A DNA stretch of 64,000 nucleotides from the human T2T-CHM13v2.0 reference genome, Homo sapiens, in assembly GCF_009914755.1 (NCBI RefSeq), contig NC_060935.1; one strand, given 5' to 3'. Under the pieces are notes generated by a model that did no database searches, was not told the DNA's origin, and saw only the letters and a program-made list of their open reading frames with translations. Below, one piece after another: positions 52,109-63,875 of the stretch (position 1 is its first letter; the number at the start of each line of letters is the position of its first letter). Made by a program: the position numbers and the translations under genes.

Positions 52109-52744
52109 AGAAGAAGGACTTCTAAATAAAATGCCACCAGGAAAACTGAGCACCGATAGACTTCTTTCTGCATAATCTCTTCTCATTCTCTCATTTTTAA
52201 ATTTTTTGCAATTGCCCCAATTCTGGGGCAAAACCAAAACTCCCACATGCCTGAAAATGTGCCTGACCATTCCCATTGCTAAAATTCTTTAACTCTTTGA
52301 TATTTGTTGTTTTTGCCTACTTATCTGTAAATTATACCAAGTGTCATGAAAACAAAACAAAATGGCCTTTAATGTTAAAAAAGATGGTCTTAAACTCACA
52401 AATATTAAGCAAAATATTGGAAGTACATTGTATCTGTTCATTTGTTTGAATTGTTTGGAAAAATCATCCCATTTATTTATATATTTTGTACAGACACATC
52501 TAAAATCAGACTTTTTTTTCTGAACGCATTCTGTTTCCTGTGACTGTCACCTAGACTGCTTTGGCATGCCTTTTGAATACTGAGTAGTAATTTACTGTCA
52601 TGTGATGTAGGAGATCAGTCAGAGTGATGGAGAAACTATAGGGAAAGGAGCAGGCCTTCTGAAAGGTTGGAAGGCTCTGCATAGCTTCAGGGAGAATAGC
52701 TGAAGGCAGCTGTTCTCTGACCCTGAGGCAGAGGGCGAGGAGTA

Positions 52745-53072
52745 TGCTGAGGGAGGAGGAGGCGGTAAGGTAGATGATGGTTCTTCCTCCCCTCCCTTTT
52801 TAGGCTCTTCCGTGTAGAGCAGGGCCAAAGCAGCCCTAACTAAGGCCCATAATGTTAAAGATATTACTGGGACCCATTGCCCTTGTACATTATGTCTTTT
52901 AAGATTTCTTCCCACTTGTTCCCAGAGCTCTAGGTCTAGTGTGCCTTCTTCTGGGAACCATGGGTTATGGAAAAACAACAGTTTGCATTAGGTCGCTTAA
53001 TTGGGCTTCAGAGACCAAGGCTCTGCTAGCTTTAAGCAGCTGTTTCAATACTTTTATATACTGTTGTCCCAT
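52745..53072 (-). pseudogene. HERV-K-class gag matrix region, frameshifted and truncated
   Basis: ATG at 53072-53070 gives MGQQYIKVLKQLLK...; after a frameshift, HNPWFPEEGTLDLELWEQVGRNLK...LPPPPPSA. Confidence 0.85.
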
Positions 53073-53177
53073 GATGAATGCCCTCGAACTTGGAAATCCC
53101 CAGTGGGTACCAATTACTTACTGCCCACTCACTTCACTTTCGTTTTTTGAGGGTTCCGTCACAATCCATTGCAGCAT

Positions 53178-53195
53178 TCCTCACATGGGGCACCA
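53178..53195 (-). promoter_or_regulatory. Retroviral primer-binding site complementary to elongator tRNA-Met
   Basis: TGGTGCCCCATGTGAGGA, 2 nt after the LTR terminal CA. Matches the tRNA-Met 3' end as I recall it (TCCTCACACGGGGCACCA) at 17/18, with one CpG-type change. Confidence 0.85.
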
Positions 53196-53197
53196 CC

Positions 53198-53516
53198 TGC
53201 CAGGTCTGTCCCACAGACCCTGGCCTACGAATGAAATGAGTACTCAGACACAGGTATGCAGTGTAAGAGCAGCTAGGTGATTGCCTGACTCTAGTGGCCA
53301 GAGAGGAGCCCTGAGAAGCTGGAGCTGCTTGCTTTTATTCAGTGCAGGCACAATGCCAAAAACCTGGAGTCCATATAACCTGTAGGTAATTAACATTTAT
53401 TTTTCCCTGTTCAGGGAACATCACGTGCACGGATGATCAAAGGTCAATTCCTAGTCAACATAAATAAACAAGCCTGTTTAAGATAAATTCCCCCACACTC
53501 CCTTGTACCTACTCCT
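53198..53516 (-). mobile_element. LTR22-type LTR, 3' portion (distal U3-R-U5)
   Basis: Ends in CA before the PBS; AATAAA on the minus strand at 53334-53339; begins at aggagta, where the plus-strand LTR piece stops. Confidence 0.8.
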
Positions 53517-53998
53517 TCTTTAAGCACTCACTCATTGGGGCAGCGTTAAGTCCAGTCCTGCACTCCCAGAGCTGGCTGCTCTGAGAGAGAGGACTGTGGG
53601 CCTTCCATCTGACCGAGGAAAGCCGCTGGCATTGCCCCAGTTTGGAACAGGACATGGAGGCTGGCCCCTCATGAAGTTTCCCGCCTGACTGCTTAGGGGA
53701 TTGCCATTTTTATCAAATTTTGACTTGCAGAGATTTGCCCAATGTTTCCCCTTTTTACATTGGGGGCATATAAAAGGGGGTTCTTTTCCTGAGTGACTTT
53801 GGTCTTTACTATTGGGGCATTCCTGCTTCACATGACCTGGCTCTCAGCATAGAAAACAATTTGGGTTTTTCTCCCATTTCACTTTAGGAGGCTTTAATGC
53901 CACAGCCAATATCTGGCTTTGTGTGTTTCAGTCTCCACTAGCTGACATGCTCCTATAAGTTCCCCGACTGTAGCTGCCTTTCCTCTGATTGCCTGCAT
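53517..53998 (-). pseudogene. HERV-K-class gag CA C-terminus, NC, and start of dUTPase/pro; disrupted
   Basis: AMQAIRGKAATVGELIGACQ; CPQCKKGKHWANLC (C-X2-C-X4-H-X4-C); GNFMRGQP; GSAGLDL. Confidence 0.85.
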
Positions 53999-54196
53999 TG
54001 CCTTCAGCTATTCTCCCCCGAAGCTATGCAGAGCCTTCTGGCCTTTCAGAAGGCCTGCTCCTTTCCCTATAGTTTCTCTCACCTCTCTCACTGATCTCCT
54101 ACAATTGTAAAGCCTGGAATGTACAGCCTTTTAGGGAACATACACTTCATATGGCCTGTTTTTGACAACCCAAATGTGGTCACCAAGAAAGAACTC

Positions 54197-54560
<364 letters not shown>

Positions 54561-55697
54561 TCACATCTCCTAAGAAGACAAAAGTAAAATTGGTAAGTTC
54601 ACTCTAGTCTCTATTCCCCAATCGTACTTTATTTCAGTCTGTGTTCCAAAATACTAAATTCTTAATTATTTTCTTGATTTGGTGTAACACTACATACGAT
54701 GTAGTCTGGTCCCAGAATGCTTCTTCACTGAACAATACAAAATCCATGCAGATTGAACAGAGGAAGGACTAGCGTTAATTGGAAGAAACTTTTGCTGACT
54801 TTTACTGCAGATTGAATTTTGTCCTCCCAAACACCTGGCAAAGGTAATGTCTCCGTTTCACTAAGTACTCCTTAATTTGGAATTACAAAGACGATTAGCT
54901 CTCTAATGAGTTACAGCAAGTGAGGTGAAAGAGTAGGGGAAAAAAACTGAACACCAGATGATTCTTTTTAATGCCAAGAAAAAAAAGGCTTTTTCTTGGT
55001 TAAAAATCTTTTAAATAAATTTCTCTCCTCTTTCATTTTACAAAACTAAAATGTATAAATATTATTGCTTAGTATGTATGGGAAAAATCTGATTTCATAG
55101 AACATTACATGTAAAGATTGGCTGTCATGAGTACATAGGTCTCTACTCTGTATTATTGATTGAGTATATCAGTAAATTTACCTTTAGAAACTTATGAATC
55201 TGCTGGGGTACCTAACAAATTAGGAAGATGGGAAAAATAGTTCCTAGCTTTAGAAAAAACAGTTCATTATGAAAGAAACCTCTACAAGATTCAAAATGGG
55301 TAGGCATTGTAAAGATGAGATATAAAGGGTAATTCTCAGGTTATTTATGGGAGTGGAAAAGTAAAGGTGCATAAATTCAAGGTGAGCAAAAAGTAGTGGA
55401 GAAAAGGTCTGCTTGTATCTTTGCTGCAAATGTAGAATCAAGGTCTTTGGATTACCAGAACATTTAGCACTGGGTTTAGTCTATTGCTGATACTTACTTA
55501 GTAAATATTAGTTGAATTTCAGTAGTTTAATTAAAAAATGACTCAAAATTTTTAAAATGCCTGATAATCTGTTTACCCAACCAATCAGTATAGCATTAGA
55601 AAAATAACCCAGGATGGGATTTTATTCTCACTCTGGCACTAACTAAATAATCAGGCAAGTCATCCTACCTCTTTTGGACTTAATCTCCTCACTTGTC

Positions 55698-55892
55698 AAA
55701 AAAAAAAAAAAAGGAGAAAGAAGAAGGAGAAGGCGAAAGAGAAGAGGGAAAAGGAGGAGAAGCAGAAGCAGCAGCAGCAGGAGGAGGAGAAGGGGGAAGA
55801 GGAGGAGGGGGAAGAAGAGGAGGAGGAGGAGGGGGAAGAAGAGGAGGAGGAAGAAAGAGGAGAGGAAAAAGAAGAAGAAGAAGAGGGGAAAA
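55698..55892. repeat. ~195-bp purine-rich (GAA/GGA/GCA)n tract inside a MIR
   Basis: Seen directly; no T and only six C. Confidence 0.95.
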
Positions 55893-58800
55893 TAATATTT
55901 AATTTTCTGGTTTACATAAAAGAATGAAATGAGGTTACAAACAGTAAATTGGTTTTTGGTAACTGGTAGATATTGTTGATATTCTCAAATCTAGGAAGAA
56001 TTTCCATGTCCCTTATCTTTAAGATTAAATAGCTGAACCATTGTTCTTTATGGTATTCATAGGAGGGAAATAGTCTATATTTCTCCAATAGGTGATCTAA
56101 GCTCATTATCTATTGACAGAAATATCCAATAATATTCTGATTGTTGTGTCCATCTTATTTAATTACAATTTGATAATACATTCTAATGGTGATAGAGTAC
56201 ATTTTGACTACCTCTCCTTCCTCAGGCATTTGAATACTGAACATGTCTCAGATTGGCACGTTGATAGGCTTGGCATAATTGGGTTCTCTGTCAGTTTGCT
56301 GTCATTAGGATGAGCTGTGAATCACCATTAGGGCCATCTCAGTATATTCAGTTAACTGAGCTGATGAAATCTTGCATTCGTTTCCTGAAGTTGGTTGCAC
56401 ATATTAACATCTATTTATATTATTAAATATTCCATTGTGTTGACATCCATCCTTGAGCAAAATTGTAATGGATATCTTAGTTTACAGAAGGACTTTTCAT
56501 GTGTGAAGTAAACACTGAAGAGCTTCAAGTGTAGTTAAACAAAATCACCAAGAAGATATAATTGAGTAAAAAGAAAGTTAAATATATAAATTATATTTCA
56601 TTCTAGATAAGATGTGTAGACCACGTCATATTTAGAGGTCATAGTTCAAGGGTACTGCTTTCATATCAGTGATAATCATCACTATATGCCTATGTAATAG
56701 TCATCAGGTTTATATCACATAAAATAAGAAATAAATATTTATTATAAAATGGAGCTAAATCACAGTATTCAATATTTATAAAATGTAAATATGCATTCTG
56801 TTAATGTTTACATAGGACTTTGCCATACCTTCAGTTGACAGTAAAGCAATGCAAAAATTATAATAAAGAGTAGAAAGCCTTTCAAAACACCACCAATGAC
56901 ACTAAAAGATTTGAAAATAATTGCAAAGTAGAATAATCAAATAAAATAGTCAGATTTTTTAAACAATAAAACCGAATAGTGTGAATGACTTTCAAGTTAT
57001 TCTAGAATTGTCTTTAACTGTAAAACATTCTAGGACAAACATACAAAATCTCAAGAAAAGGAAATATTTTGCAAGTTACATAGGGTAATTATACTGAAGT
57101 GTCAGCATTCTCATTTGTCAGCACTCTGATTTGGTTAATTTAAATGTTCATTAATCACAAAAAAAGAATGGCATAAAACAAGCCTGCTTGAATTATATGT
57201 TTTGCTCAAGAGGTTATTGATTCATATAATTATTTCTTTCATACTAACTCAAGAAATAGAACTGTTATTAGTAAACTTCATTTGAAATACTTAATCACTG
57301 TTGCAAAGATGTTTTATCACCTGATCTGTATGAATCAGTAAATCAAAGCTCACATATTTGTTTCAAAACTTCAGCTCACAGATGTTAAGTCAAGATAATA
57401 AGCAGCATCAATCATACCTCACTGAACAAGATAGTCTGCATTACAGACACTCTCCCTGTAATCCATCCATTATATGGAACATCTGTTACAAATTATCAAC
57501 ACCCCGCCCCACACCCCCCGACCCCCGCCAGGGACTGCTCTATTTAAGTGCTTCTGCAATAACCCACTGTCTCCATTTCTCCAAATGAGTTAGATGGTGG
57601 CATCGGGATAGTACCAAGTTCACTGTCACCGTATGACAGCAGTCATCTTTCAGTCTGTGCTGAACTCCAATGGCACACTGCATAATGGTAAATGTTCTTC
57701 CTACAGTTGTATAGCAGAAATCCTCAGAGCATAAGCTAGTAGCCATCAGGAAACCACTGACAGTTCTTTCTCCACTATATATCAGTCATTGCCTAAGTTA
57801 AGCACTTAGTGTGTAATATTCATTGTTTTTCAAGTCCTTAGGAGAATATTGATTTGCTCATTTAGTTAAATATAAAATTAATGAGCCCAGATACATGTTT
57901 GTCAACTTTGGCTTATTTCCATGATCATGAAACATGTCTTGTAGAACATGTTGGTTTCCAGAAAAATCATGAGAATCTAAATAAATAAAGCAAGTACAAA
58001 TTTATACTGCAGAAGAAGAATATTTTTTAAAGTGCCCTAGAGTTTACCCATATATTGTCAAGGTTGCACCTGTCTTAAAGAGAATGACTTTATAAATGTG
58101 TTGTCCTAGTGTGTCATTGGAAATAACAATTTCAAATTTACTCTGTGATAGGTTTGTGAAAATAAGTTACAAGGATATCTATTAATCATTAATAAGTGAA
58201 TAGTGAGACTGAACAAATGTAAAAGTCCATATAGCCACACTTTATTTTCTTGATGTTAGTCTGCATTGCAGAATTCTAATGACACATACACAGTAAACCC
58301 AATATTGGATTTATAGAAAACTTTGTACAAACATGGTACTTTCCATATTTTAGCACCTCATATGGTATTTTCCTACAGGATTTCATTAGCTCATCTGTTC
58401 TTAGTGTTTATGCAATAGTAGTTTAATAAATAAATTTCAGGATAGCATCTAGGTTGCGTGAAGTTTTAAATAAACAAGTTACCTATTTGTAATTATTCGT
58501 ACCAGTTTGTAAAAATACATCCTAAAATATCTGTTTTCCATTTCAGGATCACCTTCGATGGATGGACAGCATTACTTTTATAGTGGACTATATAAAGTGT
58601 CTACAAGTGTCTACAACTTCAACTCATGTAAAACTACATTAAATATTTATGCCTACTTTACTGCCTGGAAATCTTGGTTAATTTACCTTTCACCTGAAGT
58701 TTGTGATAACTGACCAGGAAGTGTTTGTTTTTATAAAAAGGAAAAAACATTATTAAATAAACTTTTAAACATAGTGCTCTAGGGAGTCTTACGTTGGCAA

Positions 58801-59309
58801 TTAAAAGCTTCAGCCAAAAATGACACAAGTCCTTTTGGCTCACAACTCACTAGTCTGAACCTATTACAGAGCTACATACAAAATGAAGGCATCAGAGTTC
58901 AAGTCTTCAAACGACAATCACATATTCACAAATTATACTTATCAGGATCAATGTCATTAAATTTCTTTGTATAAGGCTTGTGTGGGGAAAGGATGGTTTA
59001 ATTTTTGCTTTTGCTTACAATGCAAATGGAAAAATAATCATGCTCTAAGTAAGACCGCAAGAGACCAGCATGCAAAGGATCCTCAGAAACTATCACTGTC
59101 ATTGAAACCATGCTGACAGAATCTACTGAAAAAGTAACTGCCTGAAGCATCACAATTTACATTTGTTACAAAACCTTACTGCTAAGAAAAAATACTCATA
59201 TGTTTTTAATGATTTAGATTTTCCCCAAAACAGTCCTACAGCCTTTGAGAGCTTTCATCAAATGTTTGCCTTATCGTTTCAATGGCTTCTTTCTTTGGAC
59301 TTCTCTCAT

Positions 59310-59715
59310 ATGCTATCCAGTGGCTTCTGATTCACACTCAAAATAAAATCCAAGTTCCTTGCTATTGCCTTCTAATCCCTGTATAAACTGGCACTTGCTA
59401 ATCTTTCTGACATTATCACCTCCACTCTCCTCTTGCTTTGCTATGCTCCAATTGCCATACTCATTAACACTTACAAATTTTGCCATTGCTGTTCTCTGCC
59501 TGGAAAACTCTTGCCCATATTGTTTATGTGGCTGGCTGGCTCCTTCTTATTTATTTCTCAACTCCCTATCAAATGTTGCCTACCTCTTCCCCATCCAATT
59601 TTCACCACTTTTTTTTCTTCATTGCGTTTGTTACTATCTGAAATTATCTTTCACTTGTTTATTGACTTTCTTCTCTTTAAAAGTCATAAGCAGTCACCTT
59701 CCCTATCTTGTTTAC
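59310..59715 (+). mobile_element. L2 3' fragment
   Basis: tccagtggcttctgattcacactcaaaataaaatccaagttcctt...ttgctgttctctgcctggaaaactctt. Confidence 0.7.
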
Positions 59716-59722
59716 TACCTTA

Positions 59723-60067
59723 ACCTGAGAAAAGTGGTTTAATTGGCTCACAGTTCCACAGGCTGTACAGGAAGTATGGCTGAGGAGGCCTCAGGAAACT
59801 TACAATCATGGTGGAATGCAAAAGGGAAGCAGGCACATCTTACATGGCCAGAGCAGGAGTAAGAGAGTGATGGCGGTGCTGCTACACACTTGTAAACAAC
59901 CAGATCTCAGGAGAACTCACCACCACGACAGCACCAAGGGGGATGGTGTTAAACCATGAGAAATTGCCTGCATGATCCAGTCACCTCCTACCAGACCCTA
60001 CGTCCAACAATAGGGATTACAATTTGACATGAGATTTGGGTGAGGACACAGATCTAAACCAGATTAA
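59723..60067 (-). mobile_element. MSTA-like MaLR LTR lacking its 3' terminus
   Basis: ggtttaattggctcacagttccacaggctgtacaggaag...gggattacaatttgacatgagatttgggtgaggacacagatctaaacc. Confidence 0.85.
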
Positions 60068-62299
60068 CTATACAAATGAATGAATATGTAACCCCTTTTC
60101 CCCAAAGAGACTAATTACATTTTTAAAAATCAGACAAAGGAGGAAACATGGAAAGAACATGGAGCAGTCATTGAATAAACAATAATCATAGGCATTTAAT
60201 ATTAAATGTATTGTCATGTCTGATAACTTGTCAATAAGACAGACCAGCAGATACCGCGAAATAAAAGGGTAAGATACCTGAGAATGGTGTGGTAGGAGAG
60301 GGTTTTTAGGAATTCCCTTTGAAGCTTGGCACTTCCACCTCTGTAATCCTTCAGAATTTTCTCACGCTGCATCCTACTTTCCACCTCACCCTGTTCTTTG
60401 TAGTGTGCACGTGCGTGTGCACACACAGACACACACATATACACTCACTCCCACAAGAAACATGATCCAAATATTAAAAATTAAATGCAGATAGCAAAGA
60501 ATGATTCAGATGCTGAATTCTGGCTACAGGGAGTGTATAGCAAAGAAATTAGAAAATCTAAACCAAAGGCTTCAGTGTTCACTGACATTTTATGTGCAAG
60601 AGGGGAGTTGCTATACTATCAGTTGATACATCAACCAGCTGAAGACCTTAAAATCTTGCCCAATTTGCAGCTACAGTGGCCCTAACTTGTGGCCTAGAAG
60701 CCCTGCCATGTATACCTTGATCTCCACCTTGGGACAGGAAACCTCTGACAACAGCTTCTTTAATCTACTTCATCAGGTGCTGCTTCTCATTTATGGAGCC
60801 TTGCCCTGAGTGTCACATAGATTCCATTTAATTTGTGTGGTCACCAGCTACACCTAATTAAATTCCTACCTGAAACTGCTGACTTCCATGATACCTCTCA
60901 TGCCAACTTTTAAACTCAATTACTTCTGTTTCTGCACATGAGCAAACCATAAGGCATAAAGAATCAAATGAAACAGCACTGACTCAGCACCAATAAAATT
61001 GTGTTTTTCACTTCGTATAGATTTTGATTTCTGTTCATCAATATCTCAGTTCATGACTGATTCCCCATCATGTAGTCATCACAATGATTCCTGACCTTTT
61101 GAACCCTCTTCAGTCTCCAAATTAGCATCTTCTCACCCCTGTACTTCAGTATGATCAGAATGTATTTCAATAAAAATTAATTTTATTAAATTGAAAATAA
61201 AACTTCTGAGATCCTCCTCCAGACTCTCCCTTTATTCTGCCAATATTCTTCCAATTTATCCAAGTATGAAATTTTGGAATAATGTTTCATTCTCATTATT
61301 TACTTTTCCTTTATTAAGCCTAATGTCTCAGTCCACCTCCAGTTCAAAAAAAAATGTACTGGTTTCCACTATCTACATAATTAAGTACCAACTCATTGCT
61401 GTGGTGTTTAAGGTCTTCCCTTAACCAACTTTCCTACACCTTTATGGACTCTTGGTTCTCTGATCAAACTTAAGCCATCAGCTTCTCCTCTCTTCAAAAT
61501 GCCTTAGATTTTTCAGTCTTTTGGAATATTTGTTTACTTATTCCCTTTTTCTACAAACAAAATAGTCATCTTTTTCCTCTTTAACTGCTAGCCCAGAGCA
61601 ACTGTTTTCTTGGAATCCTCACTGAAAAACTCATCCCTCCAGCCTCAATATCTAACAAACTTTTTGAGTCCAAGAGATATGGAGTGAATTCCTAAGTCAC
61701 TTAGCTGGAAAATGGCAAGGCCTGAATGAAAACCTATGTTTCATGGTAGCTACTCAGCCTTCATCTTTCAAAACCTTCAAGTTTAACTTTTTATTTCTAT
61801 CTTCACATGATAGTTCCTACAATCCTTTTAGGCCTTTTTTAAAATGAAGGTAGCAGTGGGGAGCACACAAAATATTCAGTCATGATTTGTGAAATGGGGA
61901 TGTTTTTGCTCTAAAATTCTTTTTCTGGTTTCCAATACTTTGTTGAACTTTGTGGTCATAGGAATATATTGCTATAATAGGATATCTGTAATATGTCCCA
62001 AGTGTCTATCTAAAAGTGATAATTTCATTATCCTATTGGAAAATTTTCAATCATTTAAGAAATTTTACTGCATATTTTGTTTACCTATCTGGCTGTTTGT
62101 TTCGGCTAGCTTTTCTGTCAGTTTTCCCAGTTGATTTGTCACTTTTAAATTCTAATGGATTTATCTGGAATAATTAGATAATTGGAGATCTTTCTTTCAG
62201 GTTACTTATGCTAATATAACCAGTCTTAGCAAATATAAGAAATTACCACTTTTAATCCTTTATCAACTAAAGGATTTCTCAGTTATCCTTTATATCTTA

Positions 62300-62800
62300 G
62301 AATGTGTCCACTTGTAGATAATATAAAGCCTAACTCAAATTGACTTAAACAATAAAGAAATCCACTGATTTTCATGACAGGAAGTTAAGCAGGTGTTTGA
62401 TTAATCTAGTGGCTCAACTTTTTATGCAAGGGCCCACAGGTTTGTTTTGTCTCTCCACTCCATCATCTACAATTTTGGCCCTACACTAAGGCTGGTTTCC
62501 ACTGTAATCACAGATTGACTTCCAGGAATAACAGAGGCTAAATCTTTCTTGTTCACATACAACAGGAGAAGGAGCTAGTGTATTTCTCCCAAACTTCATA
62601 CAAACTTGCATCGAACCATCTGGTTATACCATTTTAGAGAATGTGCTTACTCCTGAACAAGTCTCTGTCACAAGAAGATTGCCGTGATCTGATTGGCTTA
62701 GGCCTAGCTTCCTGAACCAATCCTTAGCAGGGGCACATGAGATTGGCAGGACTGATATAGGCTAATCAAGGCCATTCATATAATGAGGAGGAGGCAGAGG
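62300..62800 (-). mobile_element. Old MLT1-type LTR
   Basis: aactcaaattgacttaaacaataaag...cctgaacaagtctctgt...tctgattggcttaggcct. Confidence 0.55.
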
Positions 62801-63019
62801 GGTTAAGTCCTTATACCACACTGAGACAAGTAGAGTGAATATTAGGGAGTCAACCACAAAGTCTACTTTATCTTTAGCAAGCAGAGGTAGAAAAGCTACC
62901 TCGAAATTCATTTTCAATCAATAAAAATATTATTTGCCCCTGCTCATAATTTTTAATCTTCTGAAATCTACATGTCCTGTCTGTGCTGAACTATGTAAAG
63001 CAGTTTTATGTAGTAATGA

Positions 63020-63255
63020 AAATCATGGAGTTAAAGCTCATATTCATATGCAAATAAGAATCAGAATAAAACCCCGGAGCCACTTAAGGAATGTTGTTTG
63101 ACATTACCTTAGGTGAGTTATCTGAACTTTCTGAGGCTTTGCTTTTCATTTTTGGAAAAGGGGTATCAGTACCAAATTAACTATAAAAATTAGAAAATAT
63201 ATAACACTTAGCACAATGCCTTCTACTTGATAGATGAGCATTAAGTCATTATTAT
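63020..63255 (+). mobile_element. MIR
   Basis: accttaggtgagttatctgaactttctgaggcttt...acacttagcacaatgcct...tagatgagcatt. Confidence 0.6.
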
Positions 63256-63499
63256 TTCAGTATTTTCCCCCATTCCATTATAAGCTCCCCAGATGGTAGA
63301 GATTATTGAATATTCCAATGATAGTACATTTTTTCATTTTTGAATGTTTCACATATTTTCTATTTTGCTAAAATCAAATGTGATACATGCGTTCTTGTTT
63401 TCATTGATTTAAAAAAAGGGAGCAGTTTGAGATTGATATTGTCAAAGTTACAGACTAGTGAGAGGCCCAGTCAGTGCTAAAATAGTATTTGTCATTTAG

Positions 63500-63690
63500 A
63501 AAGTACTTTGTACATACATCACCCTATGTATTTTTCACAATAATGATATAAGGTTGACATTATCATTCTCTTTATAAAATGCAAGGAAACTGAGACTTAA
63601 TGAGGTTCAGAAATTTTCTTAAACCTTTTGCATGAAATAGTACTGAAATAAAATTATTCTGACTCTTTGTCCAAATCTCTTTTCTTTAGA
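63500..63690 (-). mobile_element. MIR
   Basis: attatcattctctttataaaatgcaaggaaactgagacttaatgaggtt. Confidence 0.65.
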
Positions 63691-63714
63691 TCATTTTTTC
63701 TTGAAATATAGAGT

Positions 63715-63875
63715 ACATAAACATTTTCTAGGCATCTTGTACAAAATACAAATCCTGGGGCTCTAGTCATAGAAGTTGAAATTCAGTAGCTCTTGGGTAC
63801 AGCTCATAAAATTTACATTCTTTTTTTAAAACATACCAGAAATTCTGTTGCTCATCACAGTTTGAAAGTTACTAA
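63715..63875. mobile_element. MER5-like hAT-Charlie relic
   Basis: aaaatacaaatcctggggct...aattcagtagctcttggg...atttacattc...cagtttgaaagttact. Confidence 0.55.

Larger units (their letters stand above)
52606..54103. mobile_element. Rearranged HERV-K(HML-5)/HERVK22 remnant with LTR22-type LTR pieces
   Basis: LTR start tgtaggagatcagt at both ends in inverted orientation, tRNA-Met PBS, betaretroviral Gag MA, a CCHC knuckle and dUTPase motif GSAGLDL on the minus strand. Confidence 0.88.

Noticed and set aside
52619-52978. Functional 119-aa Gag protein
   Set aside because: The true gag ATG (53072) is out of frame with this ORF, and its C-terminus reads antisense LTR sequence.
53178-53195. tRNA gene fragment ending in CCA
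   Set aside because: Only 18 nt, adjacent to an LTR end; it is a primer-binding site.
52606-54103. DNA transposon, suggested by the long terminal inverted repeats
   Set aside because: The inverted ends are retroviral LTR starts and the interior is gag/pro/PBS. There is no transposase and no matching TSD.
55674-55902. Protamine-like Arg/Lys-rich and Gly-rich ORFs
   Set aside because: Artefacts of a T-free purine repeat, which cannot contain stop codons.
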